Assembly: GCA_951406725.2 (NCBI GenBank)
Contig: OX597819.1
Location: 14,198,001-14,262,000 of the forward strand
Source: Octopus vulgaris
Lineage: Eukaryota
Length of the DNA stretch: 64,000 bases
Direction of reading: 5' to 3'
Under the pieces are notes generated by a model. It worked only from the letters and a program-made list of their open reading frames with translations. It was not told the origin of the DNA and ran no database searches. Shown in pieces: positions 27,144 to 41,765 of this stretch; position 1 is the first letter of the stretch, and the number at the start of each line of letters is the position of its first letter. The position numbers and the translations under genes are program-made.

Positions 27144-27641
27144 CCGTAAATCCTCGAGTATAGTCCGCCCTTGAGTATAATACGCAGGGGATTTTTAGGG
27201 GGCTGTACCTCTGCAAAACCTAAATTTAGTGTATAATACGCACCCATTCTATTTAATGTCCTTGGTTTGTAAAACTGTATACGGTAATGTCCTTTATTAT
27301 TATTGTATATATAACATAATGCAAACGTCTGGCTTTTTTGTGCATTTTGTTTGCAGAAAATAAAGAAATAACAGTAATAACAGTAATAACGTTTAATAAA
27401 TGTTGCTTACTGCAAGTTATGGATGATTCTTTTATGACTTCATTGCTTTCAGGCTTAGCTTAAGGTATTTTCGCGCCCGACATCACAAAATGCGTCTGAA
27501 TAAACATTGCCAGACAGTAAATAGAGACTCGGACATTGCTTAGAAAATAATTTTCATTTTTAATCTTGTGTATAATACGCACTAGGGATTTTGACCATTA
27601 AATTTTGGGGGAAAATGCGGATTATACTCGAGGATTTACGG
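27144..27641. mobile_element. pogo/Tigger-like MITE
   Basis: 25-bp TIR CCGTAAATCCTCGAGTATAnTCCGC with TA flanks. Confidence 0.9.
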
Positions 27642-27672
27642 TATATATGTATATGTGTATGTATATATATGT

Positions 27673-27732
<60 letters not shown>

Positions 27733-28912
27733 TGCATATATGTATTGTATGTATGAATGTATGTATGTATATATGTATATATGAATATATATAAGTATCG
27801 TATGTATATTTGCATGTATATTTGTATGTATACTGTATGTATATTGATTGCTCTTTTATGAGTGTGTGGATATATCTATTTCTAAATTGATCACACTCTG
27901 TGTGTGTATGTGTGTGCGTATGTGTTTATGTGTGTGTGTATGTGTGTGTGCGCATGTATTTATTAACTGATGCTTGTGTGAGCATGTGTATAAATATATT
28001 GACTAGTTGTGTGTCTGTACATGTAATTATTGATTCCTTCGTGTGTGTGTGTGTGTGTGTGTGTGTGTTGATGCCAAATTGCTGGAGCTGTAGTAAGGGT
28101 TGATTAGTACATTAGTTGTGTGGGAGGGAGAGATGATGATGATGAGGAGGAGGATGATGAAGAGGAAGAGTTGAAATGGGTGGAGGAGTGGGAACGAGAT
28201 TAAAATCAATGATATCGATCAATACAAATGATGATTGCGAAGGGAGAGAGAGAGAGTGTGTGTGTGTGTGTGTGTGTGTGTGGACACAGACACAGGGTAA
28301 GATGAAATCAAATGATAAATGTCCAACACAATCCATCACCGATGTCACCATCACCACCGCCACCAATAACGACACCATTATCACCACCAGCGCCTCCACC
28401 ACCACCACCACCACCACCACCACCACCACAGCCACCGCCACCACCACCACCACCACCAATACAAACAACAACAGCAATTAAAAAAAACCCAATTAAGGTA
28501 AATTTAGGAAAAGCCTTCACCCGGTCGTTCAACTGAGCTAGAAATAGAAGCACATTCTCAAAATCTGCCTTGAATGTATGTAGTCCTAGATGCCCTTAAG
28601 CAGTGGAGGTAGTCATAACTGGTAGGGTTTTAGATCTCCTCAGTCGGACCTGACTCGGTGTTACATAGCAATAACAACAAAAACAGAAACAAACACACGA
28701 ATATAAACAACAACTGTAGTAAAAAACAAAAATATATGTGCCTTCGTTAATGAAAATATCGATCTGTATAAATCGATATAATCAATCGTCTACAGTCTGA
28801 TATTGTTTATCTCTGTTTAATTGATTGATCTTGTTGTTCAGGGATGTCGTTGTTGCTTAGCCTCAGGACAACCCTCACTAAACGGCCAAGACCAATAACT
28901 TATCAGCCGCGA

Positions 28913-28990
28913 GTATTATCGTCTGCTTGTATTGTGGTCTGCTTGTATTATCGGCTGCTTGTATTATCGTCTGCTTGTATTTATCGTCTG
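28913..28990. repeat. 16-bp tandem repeat (GTATTATCGTCTGCTT) x about 5
   Basis: Direct reading. Confidence 0.85.
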
Positions 28991-29005
28991 GGAATCCAAT
29001 GTGTT

Positions 29006-29107
<102 letters not shown>

Positions 29108-29580
29108 ACACACAACACACATATATATACGATTTTTCTTTGACTTTTATTTAAGTTCTTCTTGAGAGAGTTCAAGCCAGTCACTAAAAAAGCGACAAGA
29201 GGTTTTGAATTAGGAGAGTTCCTAGTGTTTGCATATCTGTGGTTGAGTTGGTGCGTTGGTTGAACTGTCGATGTACACACGTTTGGGTGTGCATCTATTC
29301 GCCTAAAAAACCTCAGAAGGAGAATCTTTAGAATCTTAGGAAGATTCTTTAGATTCTTTAGAATCTTACAGATCTTCACTGTGCCACTAACAGATTGGAT
29401 TTGGAGAATTTGTGTCAGTTACATGTATGTATGTATGTATGTATGTATGTATGTATGTATAGAAAATAGAAAAGAGTGAAAAACTACAGAAGGCTTGTTT
29501 TATAAGGTTAAAGAATATATTTAAGTCGTTATGTTAGAAGAATGTTATAAAATTTTTCATATAGTAACATAGTTTTTGAA

Positions 29581-29615
29581 GAAATTACCGGTTTCGTGTT
29601 AACTTTTCAAATTTC
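29581..29615 (-). ncRNA. Type I hammerhead-like motif, U3-A8 variant
   Basis: GAAAT-TTGAAAA-GTtaacAC-GAAAC-CG-GTA-ATTTC: 5-bp helix I, ACCGGT palindrome, GUA triplet. Confidence 0.65.
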
Positions 29616-29649
29616 TCAAATGTCTTTTTACATCTATACGTATATATAT

Positions 29650-29985
29650 AATGCGGACGTCACGAAACGTGTACAACAAAAAATACGATGTACGAGTACA
29701 TGGGATATGAACTATTTTTTTCGAACAACGAAAGACACAAATAGAAAACAAGACAAACAACATAAAGAACGATCCTTCATCAGTTGTTGCCTGTTTTTCT
29801 ATTCTTGTATTTCGACCATTTAACAACAATATGCGCTTTCCATAAAACAGTTGCTCCCACAAAGCAAATTAAATAAAATTTGGGATTTTGCGGAGGGTCA
29901 AAATAGGTAACACAAACAGGACGGTGAAAACAAACAGGAAGGGCTGCTAAGCCTAAACAAGGTTGTGGTGGCGAACACGTATACA
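29650..29985 (-). mobile_element. Dispersed non-coding cassette (copies at 38020-38215 and 53163-53492)
   Basis: Clear homology among the three copies; all retain CTGAWGAAGG on the minus strand. Confidence 0.75.
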
Positions 29986-30030
29986 CCCCCCCACATGCAT
30001 GCATATATACATATATATATGCATGTATGT

Positions 30031-30099
<69 letters not shown>

Positions 30100-30158
30100 C
30101 ATCCATCCATCCATCCATCCATCTATCTATCTATCTATCTCTCTATCTATCTATTTAT

Positions 30159-30244
<86 letters not shown>

Positions 30245-30334
30245 CCTTCCGGTCATTCAATATGTGACCGCGTGTGTATCGTTGACGATTTTTTTCCCTC
30301 CGTTTTCCCTTCCTTGGATCTTTCCTTTTGTATG

Positions 30335-30367
30335 TTTCTGGCGAAGAGCTCCGCTCGAAACGTTAAA
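30335..30367 (+). ncRNA. Minimal hammerhead-like motif (A6 to G) in a (TA)n-flanked cassette
   Basis: TTT-CTGGCGA-A-GAGC tcc GCTC-GAAAC-GTT-AAA. Confidence 0.55.
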
Positions 30368-30455
30368 TCCCCCTTCTTTCTTTCCTTTCCTGAGCGTCCA
30401 ATAACACTATACTTGTTCCACGTCCTCGCGTTGTGTTGTGTTTTCATGTTTAGAT

Positions 30456-30523
<68 letters not shown>

Positions 30524-30960
30524 TGTTTTTTTCAAATATTTCATGTATAAGCATGTATATATATAGTGACATTGAAGGACACATCTTTCGATTTACAATC
30601 TAATATAGTAGAACATTTAGTATATGTCTGTATGTGTATATATATGGGTGTGTGTATATATATATATTGCCTGTTATATACATAATATTATTTTTATAAT
30701 TTACTTCATCTTTACTTTTTAATTGTCACTTTAATTTTAACTTTCCCATGATATACAATTTTCAAGATGGTGTAATTTAGTTGTTCATTTTGAACCGATA
30801 AAAAGTTTTTTTCAAATATTTCATGTATAAGCGTGTATATATATATAGTTGTATAAATACCAACACAATTTTTCCCCCTTCTTCCCTTATTTTTCTTTTT
30901 CTTTTTTTGTCTCTCTCCCCTTCTCCAAACACACAGACACATGCACACGCACACACACAT

Positions 30961-31006
<46 letters not shown>

Positions 31007-31627
31007 ACGGACACACACAGAGACACACACGCAGACACACACACACACCTCCACAAAACGATCATAAAAAGTGGAAAGAATTCTTAAACCCAAAAAAAGC
31101 ATTTGACCATTCTCACAATGATAAAAGGAAATATAATTTATGGCCTACCTCCCCGGCACCACACACTCAGTGACACTGTGAAGTGGTCAAAGCTGAAATT
31201 CTTAGAACCCCCTTGGAGTCAATATTCTGTCCAGCAGACCAAAAAAATTCTTTCCTTCTTCTTCCCTCTCCCTTCCCCTCTTTCTCTTTAGCACTCACCT
31301 CAGATACAAACACACACACACACACACATACACATACACACATGTTCTCTCTCTCACTTTCTCCTCATCCACCTCACCCTCTTGTACTGTCTTATATTCC
31401 TCCTCACCACTACGAAACTCTATAAAATGATTAAAATTCCCCACAAAGGAACTTATTTTGATTTGAAAACCCCACTAGAATGGGAGAAAGCGCTAATGAT
31501 CTAAGTGATATGATATATATATATAAAAATGTAATATATAAATAAATATCTGTAAATATAAACCATCCGATCTTCTGATTACCTCATTTCTTCTAATATA
31601 TAATACCTGTACATCATCTCCAAACCT

Positions 31628-31726
<99 letters not shown>

Positions 31727-31899
31727 TAGATATATATCGATTCGTTTAAAATGTAGGACCGCGTTGAATTTCTAATAATAAAATTGACATTTTGTCTTAC
31801 AAGATATGAAAGTTTCTTGTAAATTCAACTGTCCAGGGGACTGGAATGTCCTGGAGTTTCTACAAGAGCCTAAAATAGCAACAACAACAATATTCATCG

Positions 31900-32480
31900 T
31901 ACTTTCTAGTAAAGGCACAAAGCCTGAAATTTGGGCGAGAGGCTTGTCAATTATATCGATCCCAGTGTATGACTGGATCTTACTTTATCGATCCCGAAAA
32001 GATGAAAGTCAAAGTGGACGTCGGCGGAATTTGAACTCAGAACGATATACCGCTAAGCATTTCGCCCGACGTGCTAACATTTCTTTTCTAATCTGGGCAC
32101 AAGGCCCGAAGTTTTGGGGGATGGGGAGGGGGGCCAGTCGATTGGATCGACCCTAGTGCGCAACTGGTATTTAGTTTATCGACCCCGAGAGGAGGAAAGA
32201 CAAAGTCGACCTCGGCGGAATTTGAACTAAGAACGATATACCGCTAAGCATTTCGCCCGGCGTGCTAACATTTCTTTTCTAATCTGGGCACAAGGCCCGA
32301 AATTTTGGGGGATGGGGAGGGGGGCCAGTCGATTGGATCGACCCTAGTGCGCAACTGGTATTTAGTTTATCGACCCCGAGAGGAGGAAAGACAAAGTCGA
32401 CCTCGGCGGAATTTGAACTAAGAACGATATACCGCTAAGCATTTCGCCCGGTGTGCTAACGTTTCTGCCAGCTCGCTGCC
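31900..32480 (-). mobile_element. Head-to-tail SINE-B trimer
   Basis: About 190-bp unit containing GGCGGAATTTGAACT...CATTTCGCCCG occurs three times. Confidence 0.9.
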
Positions 32481-32944
32481 TTATTCCACATTCTATATCG
32501 CTGGAATGTTTTATATACCAGAAGTCTTTTAATGACAATCAACCTGGCAGAAGAAATATGTTGCGGTGAGTTTAAGTTTGACGAATCGCTGGAAGGGGAC
32601 GTCGAGGAAAGTGTTTGTAAATGCAACGGAGTGGGGGGAGGGATATTTAAAAAAAAGTTTGAGAACCACTGGTCTCTGGGGTTGCTCAACCCATTAGAAA
32701 TAATAGCTAAATCTATATAGCTAAATAATAGCTATATAGATATATATCGATTCGTTTAAAATGTAGGACCGCGTTGAATTTCTAATAATAAAATTGACAT
32801 TTTGTCTTACAAGATATGAAAGAAAAGATGAATGAGTTTAAGTTTGACGAATCGCTGGAAGGGAACGTCGAGGAAAGTGTTTGTAAATGCAACGGAGTGG
32901 GGGGAGGGATATTTAAAAAAAAGTTTGAGAATCACTGGTCTCTG

Positions 32945-33540
32945 GGGGTTGCTCAACCCATTAGAAATAATAGCTAAATCTCACTCAAACATAATAAAAA
33001 TGGAAAGACAGAGAAAATGAGGTAGTCCTACATAGACTATATCTGTACAAAAAAAAAAAAAAAAGAAAGATTAAAGAAAAATCCGGATGGTCACGGTTGG
33101 AACGCATTTGTTCTTAGGCCTCTTGCAAGTTAGAGCTGACTCGGTCTAAATAACAACAGTAACATGAACAAGCAATGGTAACACTAGTACCTATAAAACC
33201 AACCATCAATAATACATGTCCGGCCTTCCTCGACCACCACCACCAACAACAACAACAACAACAACAATAGCAACAACAACAACAACAACAACAACAAAAA
33301 CAGCAGCAGCAACAACAACAAGGGCAGTGCCAATTATTGTGAAGAAGCTTCTAGGTTGTCGTTCAAACCTGCTAAAAAGAGCAGTCAAATTATTTTTCTG
33401 GAATTCTCCTTCCTCACCTTCTTAAAAGAAAGAAGTTTCCTAGATTGCAATTGTCTTGGAGACAGACGACGTAGTCACGGTGGGAATGTCTTTGGTTCAG
33501 GTCTGCTCAGTCAGAGCTAACATGGGGCTAAACCACAATA
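32945..33540 (+). mobile_element. Two family D old SINE-like copies
   Basis: TAGAAATAATAGCTAAATCTC...GGATGGTCACGGTTGGAACG; second copy ends GGGGCTAAACCACAA. Confidence 0.6.
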
Positions 33541-33564
33541 GTAGCAGCAGCAGCAGTAACAACA

Positions 33565-33565
33565 G

Positions 33566-33635
<70 letters not shown>

Positions 33636-33646
33636 AAACTACTAAA

Positions 33647-33683
<37 letters not shown>

Positions 33684-33700
33684 TCACCACCACCACCACC

Positions 33701-33741
<41 letters not shown>

Positions 33742-33745
33742 CACC

Positions 33746-33782
<37 letters not shown>

Positions 33783-33784
33783 AA

Positions 33785-33828
<44 letters not shown>

Positions 33829-33838
33829 CACCACCACC

Positions 33839-33908
<70 letters not shown>
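33565..33908. repeat. (CTA)n/(CCA)n
   Basis: Direct reading. Confidence 0.95.
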
Positions 33909-33909
<1 letters not shown>

Positions 33910-34209
33910 ACAAGGGGTTATGAAACAATGAAGCTTATAAGAGCGCTTTAAATGAAAGGATGTTTCGATGCTAATTGTTTGAGCGTGGTGCTTGAAGTAA
34001 AGAAGAACGTGAGAATGTGGGGGAGGAATGCGTTTCTTTCGGAGGTGATATCCTGTTAAAACCTTCTTCTAGTTTCTTCTTTAATTACTTAGATTAGTAA
34101 AATAATCTCTCTGAAGGGATTTGTGGCGATAGTTTTTGAAACACGTGCTTCGAAATAAATGAAGGTGAACCACGCTTCTTCCATGTTTGAAAGAGTGAAA
34201 AATAACAGC

Positions 34210-34375
34210 AGTCTGTCTTTACGTTCGGAGTTCAAATTCCGCCGAGGTCGACTTTGTCTTTCCTCCTCTCGGGGTCGATAAACTAAATACCAGTTGCGTA
34301 CTAGGGTCGATCCAATCGACTGCCCCCCCCCCCATCCCCCAAAACTTCGGGCCTTGTGCCCAGATTAGTAAAGTT
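34210..34375 (+). mobile_element. SINE-B partial, near-identical to the trimer units
   Basis: Shares CTTTCCTCCTCTCGGGG and CCCATCCCCCAAAA variants. Confidence 0.85.
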
Positions 34376-34767
34376 AAATGGTGACGCTGTTTCTTTTAAG
34401 ATCTGAGTTCGAATTCCAGCCAAGTCGATTTTTTTCTTTTTATACTTGGGGGCTTGTGAAGGCGTGTAGCCTAGTGTTTAGGGTGTTGCACCCACCCACG
34501 GGGTTCGACTCCCGGACTGGGCGACGTTTTGTGTTCTTGAGCAAGCTACTTAACTCCACGTTGCTCAAGTGAATGTCAAAGAATAGCCCCAACGTTTCCT
34601 CTGTGTGTTGCAAAAAGCGACTAAAAGGGATTAAGGTGGGGTTTGCACTCCGACTTTGTAAAACCCTTACCCGCAACGATTACCCAAAACAAACCCATGA
34701 GTTGGAGGGTTGTCGCCTTGGTAGCGCCGGAGGACAAACACACACACACACTTATACATATACATAC

Positions 34768-34856
<89 letters not shown>

Positions 34857-35016
34857 GTTGGTATGTTTACGTCCTGTAACTTAGTGGTTCGGCAACAGGA
34901 AGTGACAGAATAAAAACCAGGTTTTAAGAAATAAGTCCTGGGGTCAATTTGTTCGACTAAAACACTTCTAGGCGATGCCCCAATTAAAAGAAACAAGTTA
35001 AAGCAAAAAAACAAAG

Positions 35017-35466
35017 AATATATATATATATATATATGTATGTATATGTGTGTGTGTATGTATATTTGTGTATGTATATATGTGTATGTATATTTGTGTG
35101 TGTTTGTGTGTGTGTGTGTATGTGTGTATGTATGTATGTATGTATGTATGTATGTATGTATGTATGTATGTATGTATGTATGTATGTATGTATGTATGTA
35201 TGTATGTATGTATGTGTGTATGTATGTATGTATGTATGTATGTATGTATGTATGTATGTATGTATGTATGTATGTATGTATGTATGTATGTGTATGTATG
35301 TATGTATGTATGTATGTATGTATGTATGTATGTGTGTGTGTGTATGTATGTATGTATGTATGTATGTATGTATGTATGTGTATGTATGTATGTATGTATG
35401 TATGTATGTATGTATGTATGTATGTATGTATGTATGTATGTATGTATGTATGTATGTATGTATGTA
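35017..35466. repeat. (TATG)n compound
   Basis: Direct reading. Confidence 0.95.
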
Positions 35467-36053
35467 TAAAACTGACTTGGAAATGGATGCGTGGCGTTCG
35501 ATCATATTATAAATAATATATAAACATACACATATATACATACATATGTGTGTATATAAACATGCATATATGGATACAGGACATAAAAAAAAACGTTAAC
35601 AAATATATATATATTCATTCTCTTATTCTTTTATTCTTTTATTCTAGTTTCAACTAGTGGAGTACGGCGATGCTGAAGCGCCATCTTTTGTCTATGTATT
35701 GTTACCATTTCTCCCGCCCAGAGTTTTGTTGAATTGTTGGAAGTTCACCCATAATTGAGAGATCAAAGAACGCCCTCATACGTTTATGTATTCGTCTATT
35801 CTTTTATTCTTTTATAGGTTCCAGTCGGTGAGTACCAGCTATATTGTCAAAAGACCCTCCGAAAGTTCAGCATGTGATTGTGACCCTAGCAATTATGTCG
35901 CCATGTTACGGGACATAAAGAAATAACAAATATTTTTATGTTGCTTTGTTAATTAAATATGCATAAATGTAAATTAAATGCAGGTAAGCATATGAAGATG
36001 AATATGCGTGCGTATATATATATCTATATCTATATCTATATCTATATATCTAC

Positions 36054-36212
<159 letters not shown>

Positions 36213-36254
36213 TATGTATGTATTTATGTATGCATGTATATATATAAGTCCTTA

Positions 36255-36850
36255 AATCCTTAAAAATGTTTCAGCCCGAAAGCTGCGGTCATGTGAAACC
36301 ACCTCTGATACGTGGCACTTGGTCGACAAAGGAGTTCGACGCCGCTGCTCGCATCTGTGTTTCCTGCCGAGAGGTAGTTTCTTCTGGAACCCCTGATAAG
36401 AAGAGAGCCAGTTTAGTTTTAAAGAAACCCACATCCACACCATGCAGGTCTCTCAGGCATTTAGGAAGGATATTGAAGAGCTGTGGTCCCCTGAAACCCA
36501 AGCTGTTGCAGTATCTGGTCCTGTATTTTGAAGGTGATGCTGGGATTTTGGCTCCATGCAGTGGCGCCCCGTTCTGCTCTTGGGGTAACTTTCAATGCCA
36601 AAATTCGGGACAAGACCCTCCAGGATTTTCCAGATGTATATCACTGCATCTCTCTCTCGCATTCTCTCCCGGGAGAAGTGTTTTAATACTTTCAGTCTTT
36701 CCCACAAGCTGATATGTTGCATTGAGACAATCTTCTTTGTGTAGCTTCGTTGGATTGCTTCGAGTTCTGCTGTTAACTTTATATTGTGTGGTGACCATAG
36801 TTGGGAGCAGTAGTCCAAGCGGCAGAGGACGAATTTCTTCCAAAGGACCA
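36255..36850 (-). mobile_element. CR1-group LINE, 5'-truncated, frameshifted ORF2 C-terminus
   Basis: RLDYCSQLWSPH...ELEAIQRSYTKKI...WERLKVLK...IYIWKILEGLVPN; GPQLFNILPKCLRDL. Confidence 0.9.
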
Positions 36851-37098
36851 TCATATATATACGTACACATGTATTTATATATGTATGTATACGTATGCGT
36901 GTATTTATATGTGTATGCATATATGAACTATTTTTGTAATGTGCATGACAAAATTTTGGAGGGAAGATTTACGAATTCAAACGTCTATGTAGGTTTAGCC
37001 TATGCTCGCTTTCTTCAACTATTTTGATGTCGCATGGTCAGAAAGTTCGAGGTACGTAGCATTTGATAAATCTATGATAAATCTGTTTCAAAGAAAAG

Positions 37099-37211
37099 CT
37101 GCGCTGAAGAAGGATGTGAAATATATATGCAATATATATGAAATATATATTTAAAATATATATGAAATATATTTTCAATATGTTTGTAATCCAGAAACAT
37201 GATGTTCGCAG
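37099..37211 (+). ncRNA. Type I hammerhead with long AT-rich helix II insert
   Basis: CTGCG-CTGAAGA-A-GGAT...ATCC-A-GAAAC-ATGAT-GTT-CGCAG; 5-bp helix I. Confidence 0.7.
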
Positions 37212-37498
37212 ATAACCGCCAGACTTCGTTTTCGTTATCTATTTCTTCTGTTTTGCATATGTGAATTACAGGGTATGTCGTGTGTAGAGCCCCACTTGTA
37301 GAAAATTGAAATAAACAGTCTTGACTGCTATTTCTAATTTTTCGGTATGCGGCCAAGCAACCTGTTGCCTGTCCCTTTTTCTTATATACTATATATATAT
37401 ACTTACTTGGAAAAGGATGCCTGGCGTTCGATCATATAATAATATAAATAATATATAAATGTATGCATATATGCATACATATATGTACATACCCACAT

Positions 37499-37557
<59 letters not shown>

Positions 37558-37647
37558 ACTCTTTTACTCTTTTACTTGTTTCAGCCATCCGGCTGAGGCC
37601 ATGCTGGGGCACCGCCCTTTAAAAATTATACTGCGCTGCCGTGACCA

Positions 37648-37707
<60 letters not shown>

Positions 37708-37837
37708 CCCTTATTTCGCTCTCGCGTCTCATGTTTGATCTTTGACCTCTGGCCGAAATCAGATCGCCATGTTGATTCGTTAGCTACTGCACGCATTTTT
37801 TTCTCTCCTTCTTTCTGTGTTTTTCTCTCTCTGTGTA

Positions 37838-37875
37838 TCTTTCTGTTGAAGAGCGTAGGCTCGAAACGTTAAAGA
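37838..37875 (+). ncRNA. Minimal hammerhead-like motif (A6 to U) in a (TA)n-flanked cassette
   Basis: TCTTT-CTGTTGA-A-GAGC gtag GCTC-GAAAC-GTT-AAAGA. Confidence 0.6.
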
Positions 37876-37971
37876 CTTGTTTTATTTATATTTCCTGAGC
37901 GCCATACTAATACAATTGTTCGTTTGTTTTCCACCTGCCTTCGTCTTTTGTTTATTTTCATAAAGCTTCCC

Positions 37972-38014
<43 letters not shown>

Positions 38015-38660
38015 TATATGGGTACAGAACATTAAAAAAACGTTGAACACAATGAGAAACGAAAACAAAAACAAAAACATAGAAAACGACCTGTTTTTGG
38101 AACAACGAAAGAAACAAACAGAGAAACGAGACAAGCAACATAAAGAATATTTCCCTTCTTCAGTTGTCCCTGTTTCATCTACTCCGCGTTTTCGAAGGCA
38201 ACGGCGATACGCGACTACATTCATATATATATGACAGCGACGAGCAAACTGAATCGTTAGCACGTCGAACAAAATGCTTACTGGCATTTTGGTCTTTGCC
38301 TCCTGAGTTCAAATTCTGCCGAGGTAAATTTTGCTTTCATCCTTTGCGGGTAGCTAAAATAAGTACCTGTTGAGTACTGGGGTCGATTGCTGGCCTTTTC
38401 GCCAAAATTTGAAACCACTATGTGTGTGTGTGTGTGTGTTTCTTTTACTTGTGTCAGCCATAAGACTACGGCCATGCTGGGACACCACTTCGAAGAACTT
38501 TGTAATCGAAAGTATCGTTACCAGTACTATTTTGTTTTTAAAACCCGGTACTTATTCTATAAGTATATTTTGCCGAATCGCTAAGTTAATAAAACGTAAA
38601 CAAACACTGGTTATCAAGCAGTGGTGGGGCACAAACGCTGATAGAAAAGTGCACACACGT

Positions 38661-38810
<150 letters not shown>

Positions 38811-39151
38811 CAGCAACATATTCGGAAGCAAATATATATAAAATTTTAATATTGTTATTATCATCGAAGGTAATATAAATAGTTGGTAATAACAGCAACA
38901 TTAATATAGGTGGTTGCAGGCCTAAAAAATAGCATTATAAAGCTAAATAATTAAAATTTTATTGATCATAAGGACACATTAAAGTGTCTACTTGCTAGAA
39001 GTAAGAGTCAAAACCCACATTCAGATTTCACCCGGTGCTATTCAGTGGCAGTATTATACGTACTTGCGTTTGGGCTTCTGTCGTGTGAGAATAGATAACT
39101 GAAAAAAGTTGGAGTCAACAAGAAGGAGTACGGTTGGACATTTATTTTTTA

Positions 39152-39257
39152 ATCACTACAATTGTTTCCACGCAACGTAGCTCTCCAGGTATGAAGATAT
39201 TTGATGATGCAACTGTTTCCTTGCGTTATGAGATCTAGTTGTGTTTCCTCAGGTGAT
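39152..39257 (-). ncRNA. Type I hammerhead with long helix II
   Basis: ATCAC-CTGAGGA-...-GAAAC-AATT-GTA-GTGAT; helix III palindrome ACAATTGT. Confidence 0.7.
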
Positions 39258-39446
39258 ATGCAAGTATTGTCTCACTAAGTTCACATTTTCGGTTTCAAGA
39301 ACATCCTCTCTGTCTTTCGTGGCCTGAATTTAGTAGTTGTCACCGAGTTTATTAGGGTGTGTTGTTGCTGAAGGGCCGTTGGCAAACTGCTTTCAATGTG
39401 TAGATGTAGTGAGACAGTGATTCACGCACCTTTTCCAAGTAGCTAT

Positions 39447-39510
<64 letters not shown>

Positions 39511-39549
39511 ACACACAGACACACAGACACACACACAGACACACATACA

Positions 39550-39590
<41 letters not shown>

Positions 39591-39769
39591 ACACACAAAC
39601 ACATACACACACACAAACACACACACAATGTTTTTCATCAGGATATCCAAACAGGAATCTGCTCCAAATGCTTGCAACAGGTGGTCGAGATGCTAAACCA
39701 GAAGACCAATCTATCTATCCATCTGTCTATCAATCTACTAAATTGTCTTTTCTATTTCCCTGTTCCCTC

Positions 39770-39885
<116 letters not shown>

Positions 39886-40312
39886 CATACATATATATGT
39901 ACTGTGTGTCTAAACATACACATATCCATACATATACATGCATTCATACTTATACAGACGCACAAATACATACCCATACATAAGTATTTAATGTCTACCT
40001 TACGGCAAATTTACGCTCTGATTAAGAGTAATGAATATACCATAATTTATTGTACCTTTAGTCTTTATCCCTGCTGAAACCAAGTGATTTATGATTTGTT
40101 GAAAGGTTTCATTTGCCTCAATAGATTTGTCATATGATAGCACACACGATGATGTCTCTCAAATACTGTTCACTCGCACAGACAATTTAATGTTGCGTGC
40201 AAAACAACTTCGACATTTTGAAGCATTCCGCTTTTTATACACGGACAATAGCACTTCATTCTGTGCCCGTAAAATATATATAAACGCACACACACATACA
40301 CACACACACACG

Positions 40313-40362
<50 letters not shown>

Positions 40363-40457
40363 ATACACGCACACAAATATTTAATATGTATATGTGTATG
40401 TGTATGTCAATGAGTTTACGTGTGAACCTCGAGACATATTAAGCATGTTCATATGTG

Positions 40458-40497
<40 letters not shown>

Positions 40498-40836
40498 TAT
40501 GTATATACATATATACATGTATGTATGTGTGTGCGTGTGTGTATGTAGATACGTGTGTGTGGGTCTGTATATCTGCAACATTATCGAACTCCCTCCTTCA
40601 TCAAGAGCCAATCACAAAAGAATGGCCTTTGAAAAGGAGATAACGCTGGGGGTGCCCCAGCATCACCACAGCCTCACCACAGCCTTTACGCTGAAACACA
40701 CAAAAGGATAAAACAATAAAACAAAATATACATACACACATATATATGTAAATGAACATACATTTACATATACATGTATATGTACATAAACATATATAAT
40801 ATGCATATGCATATATGTATACATATGTACATATAC

Positions 40837-40900
<64 letters not shown>

Positions 40901-40928
40901 ATGTATATATGTATATATATGTATATAC

Positions 40929-41007
<79 letters not shown>

Positions 41008-41117
41008 TAAAAAGTTCATTGTAGGCATGTATAAGATAAAATCTTATATAAAACACTATAAACGATAATAAAAATGGAGAAGAGATGTTAAAAGTTCAAA
41101 ATAGAATTTAATATCCA

Positions 41118-41200
41118 CATACGACCGTTTCAAAGGGCAATAAAAATATGTAAATAATAATAATAATTAAAGTTATGTATCACCATTCTCATCAGTGTAG
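41118..41200 (-). ncRNA. Type I hammerhead-like motif
   Basis: CTGATGA-GAATGGTGATA...TATTGCCCTTT-GAAAC-G-GTC; helix I imperfect (TAC/GTA with a bulge). Confidence 0.55.
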
Positions 41201-41209
41201 AAAATTTCA

Positions 41210-41256
<47 letters not shown>

Positions 41257-41379
41257 AAAATTTAGATTCAGATGAATTAGATACTTAAGTTGAGACACCA
41301 GAATTTAGTACAGTATTATCCATACAATTTCAAAATAAAGTGATTAAAATCAAAATAAGCAACAGGATATCCAGAGGTA

Positions 41380-41467
41380 ATGCAGGACAATCGTTTCAAG
41401 CAACTCTATTTAATTGAACAATACAATCGTTACATCAATTTAAATGCAGTGCAATCCTCAGCTGCAT
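41380..41467 (-). ncRNA. Type I hammerhead with long helix II
   Basis: ATGCAG-CTGAGGA-TTGCA...TGCTT-GAAAC-GATT-GTC-CTGCAT; 6-bp helix I, GUC triplet; base of helix II mismatched. Confidence 0.75.
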
Positions 41468-41566
41468 AAAGACAGAATTAAATTAAATTAAAACATATGG
41501 TCACATTAGTATATTTTTACCTAAAACCTTCAAGAAGACAAGGAGATAGACATAGAACATGCTATG

Positions 41567-41611
<45 letters not shown>

Positions 41612-41707
41612 GGTCGATAAAATAATGCACCAATCAAATACTGAAATCAATGTAATCTACTTGCTCCCTCGCTTGAAAATTGCTGGCCTTGGGTCAAAAT
41701 TTGTAAC

Positions 41708-41765
<58 letters not shown>

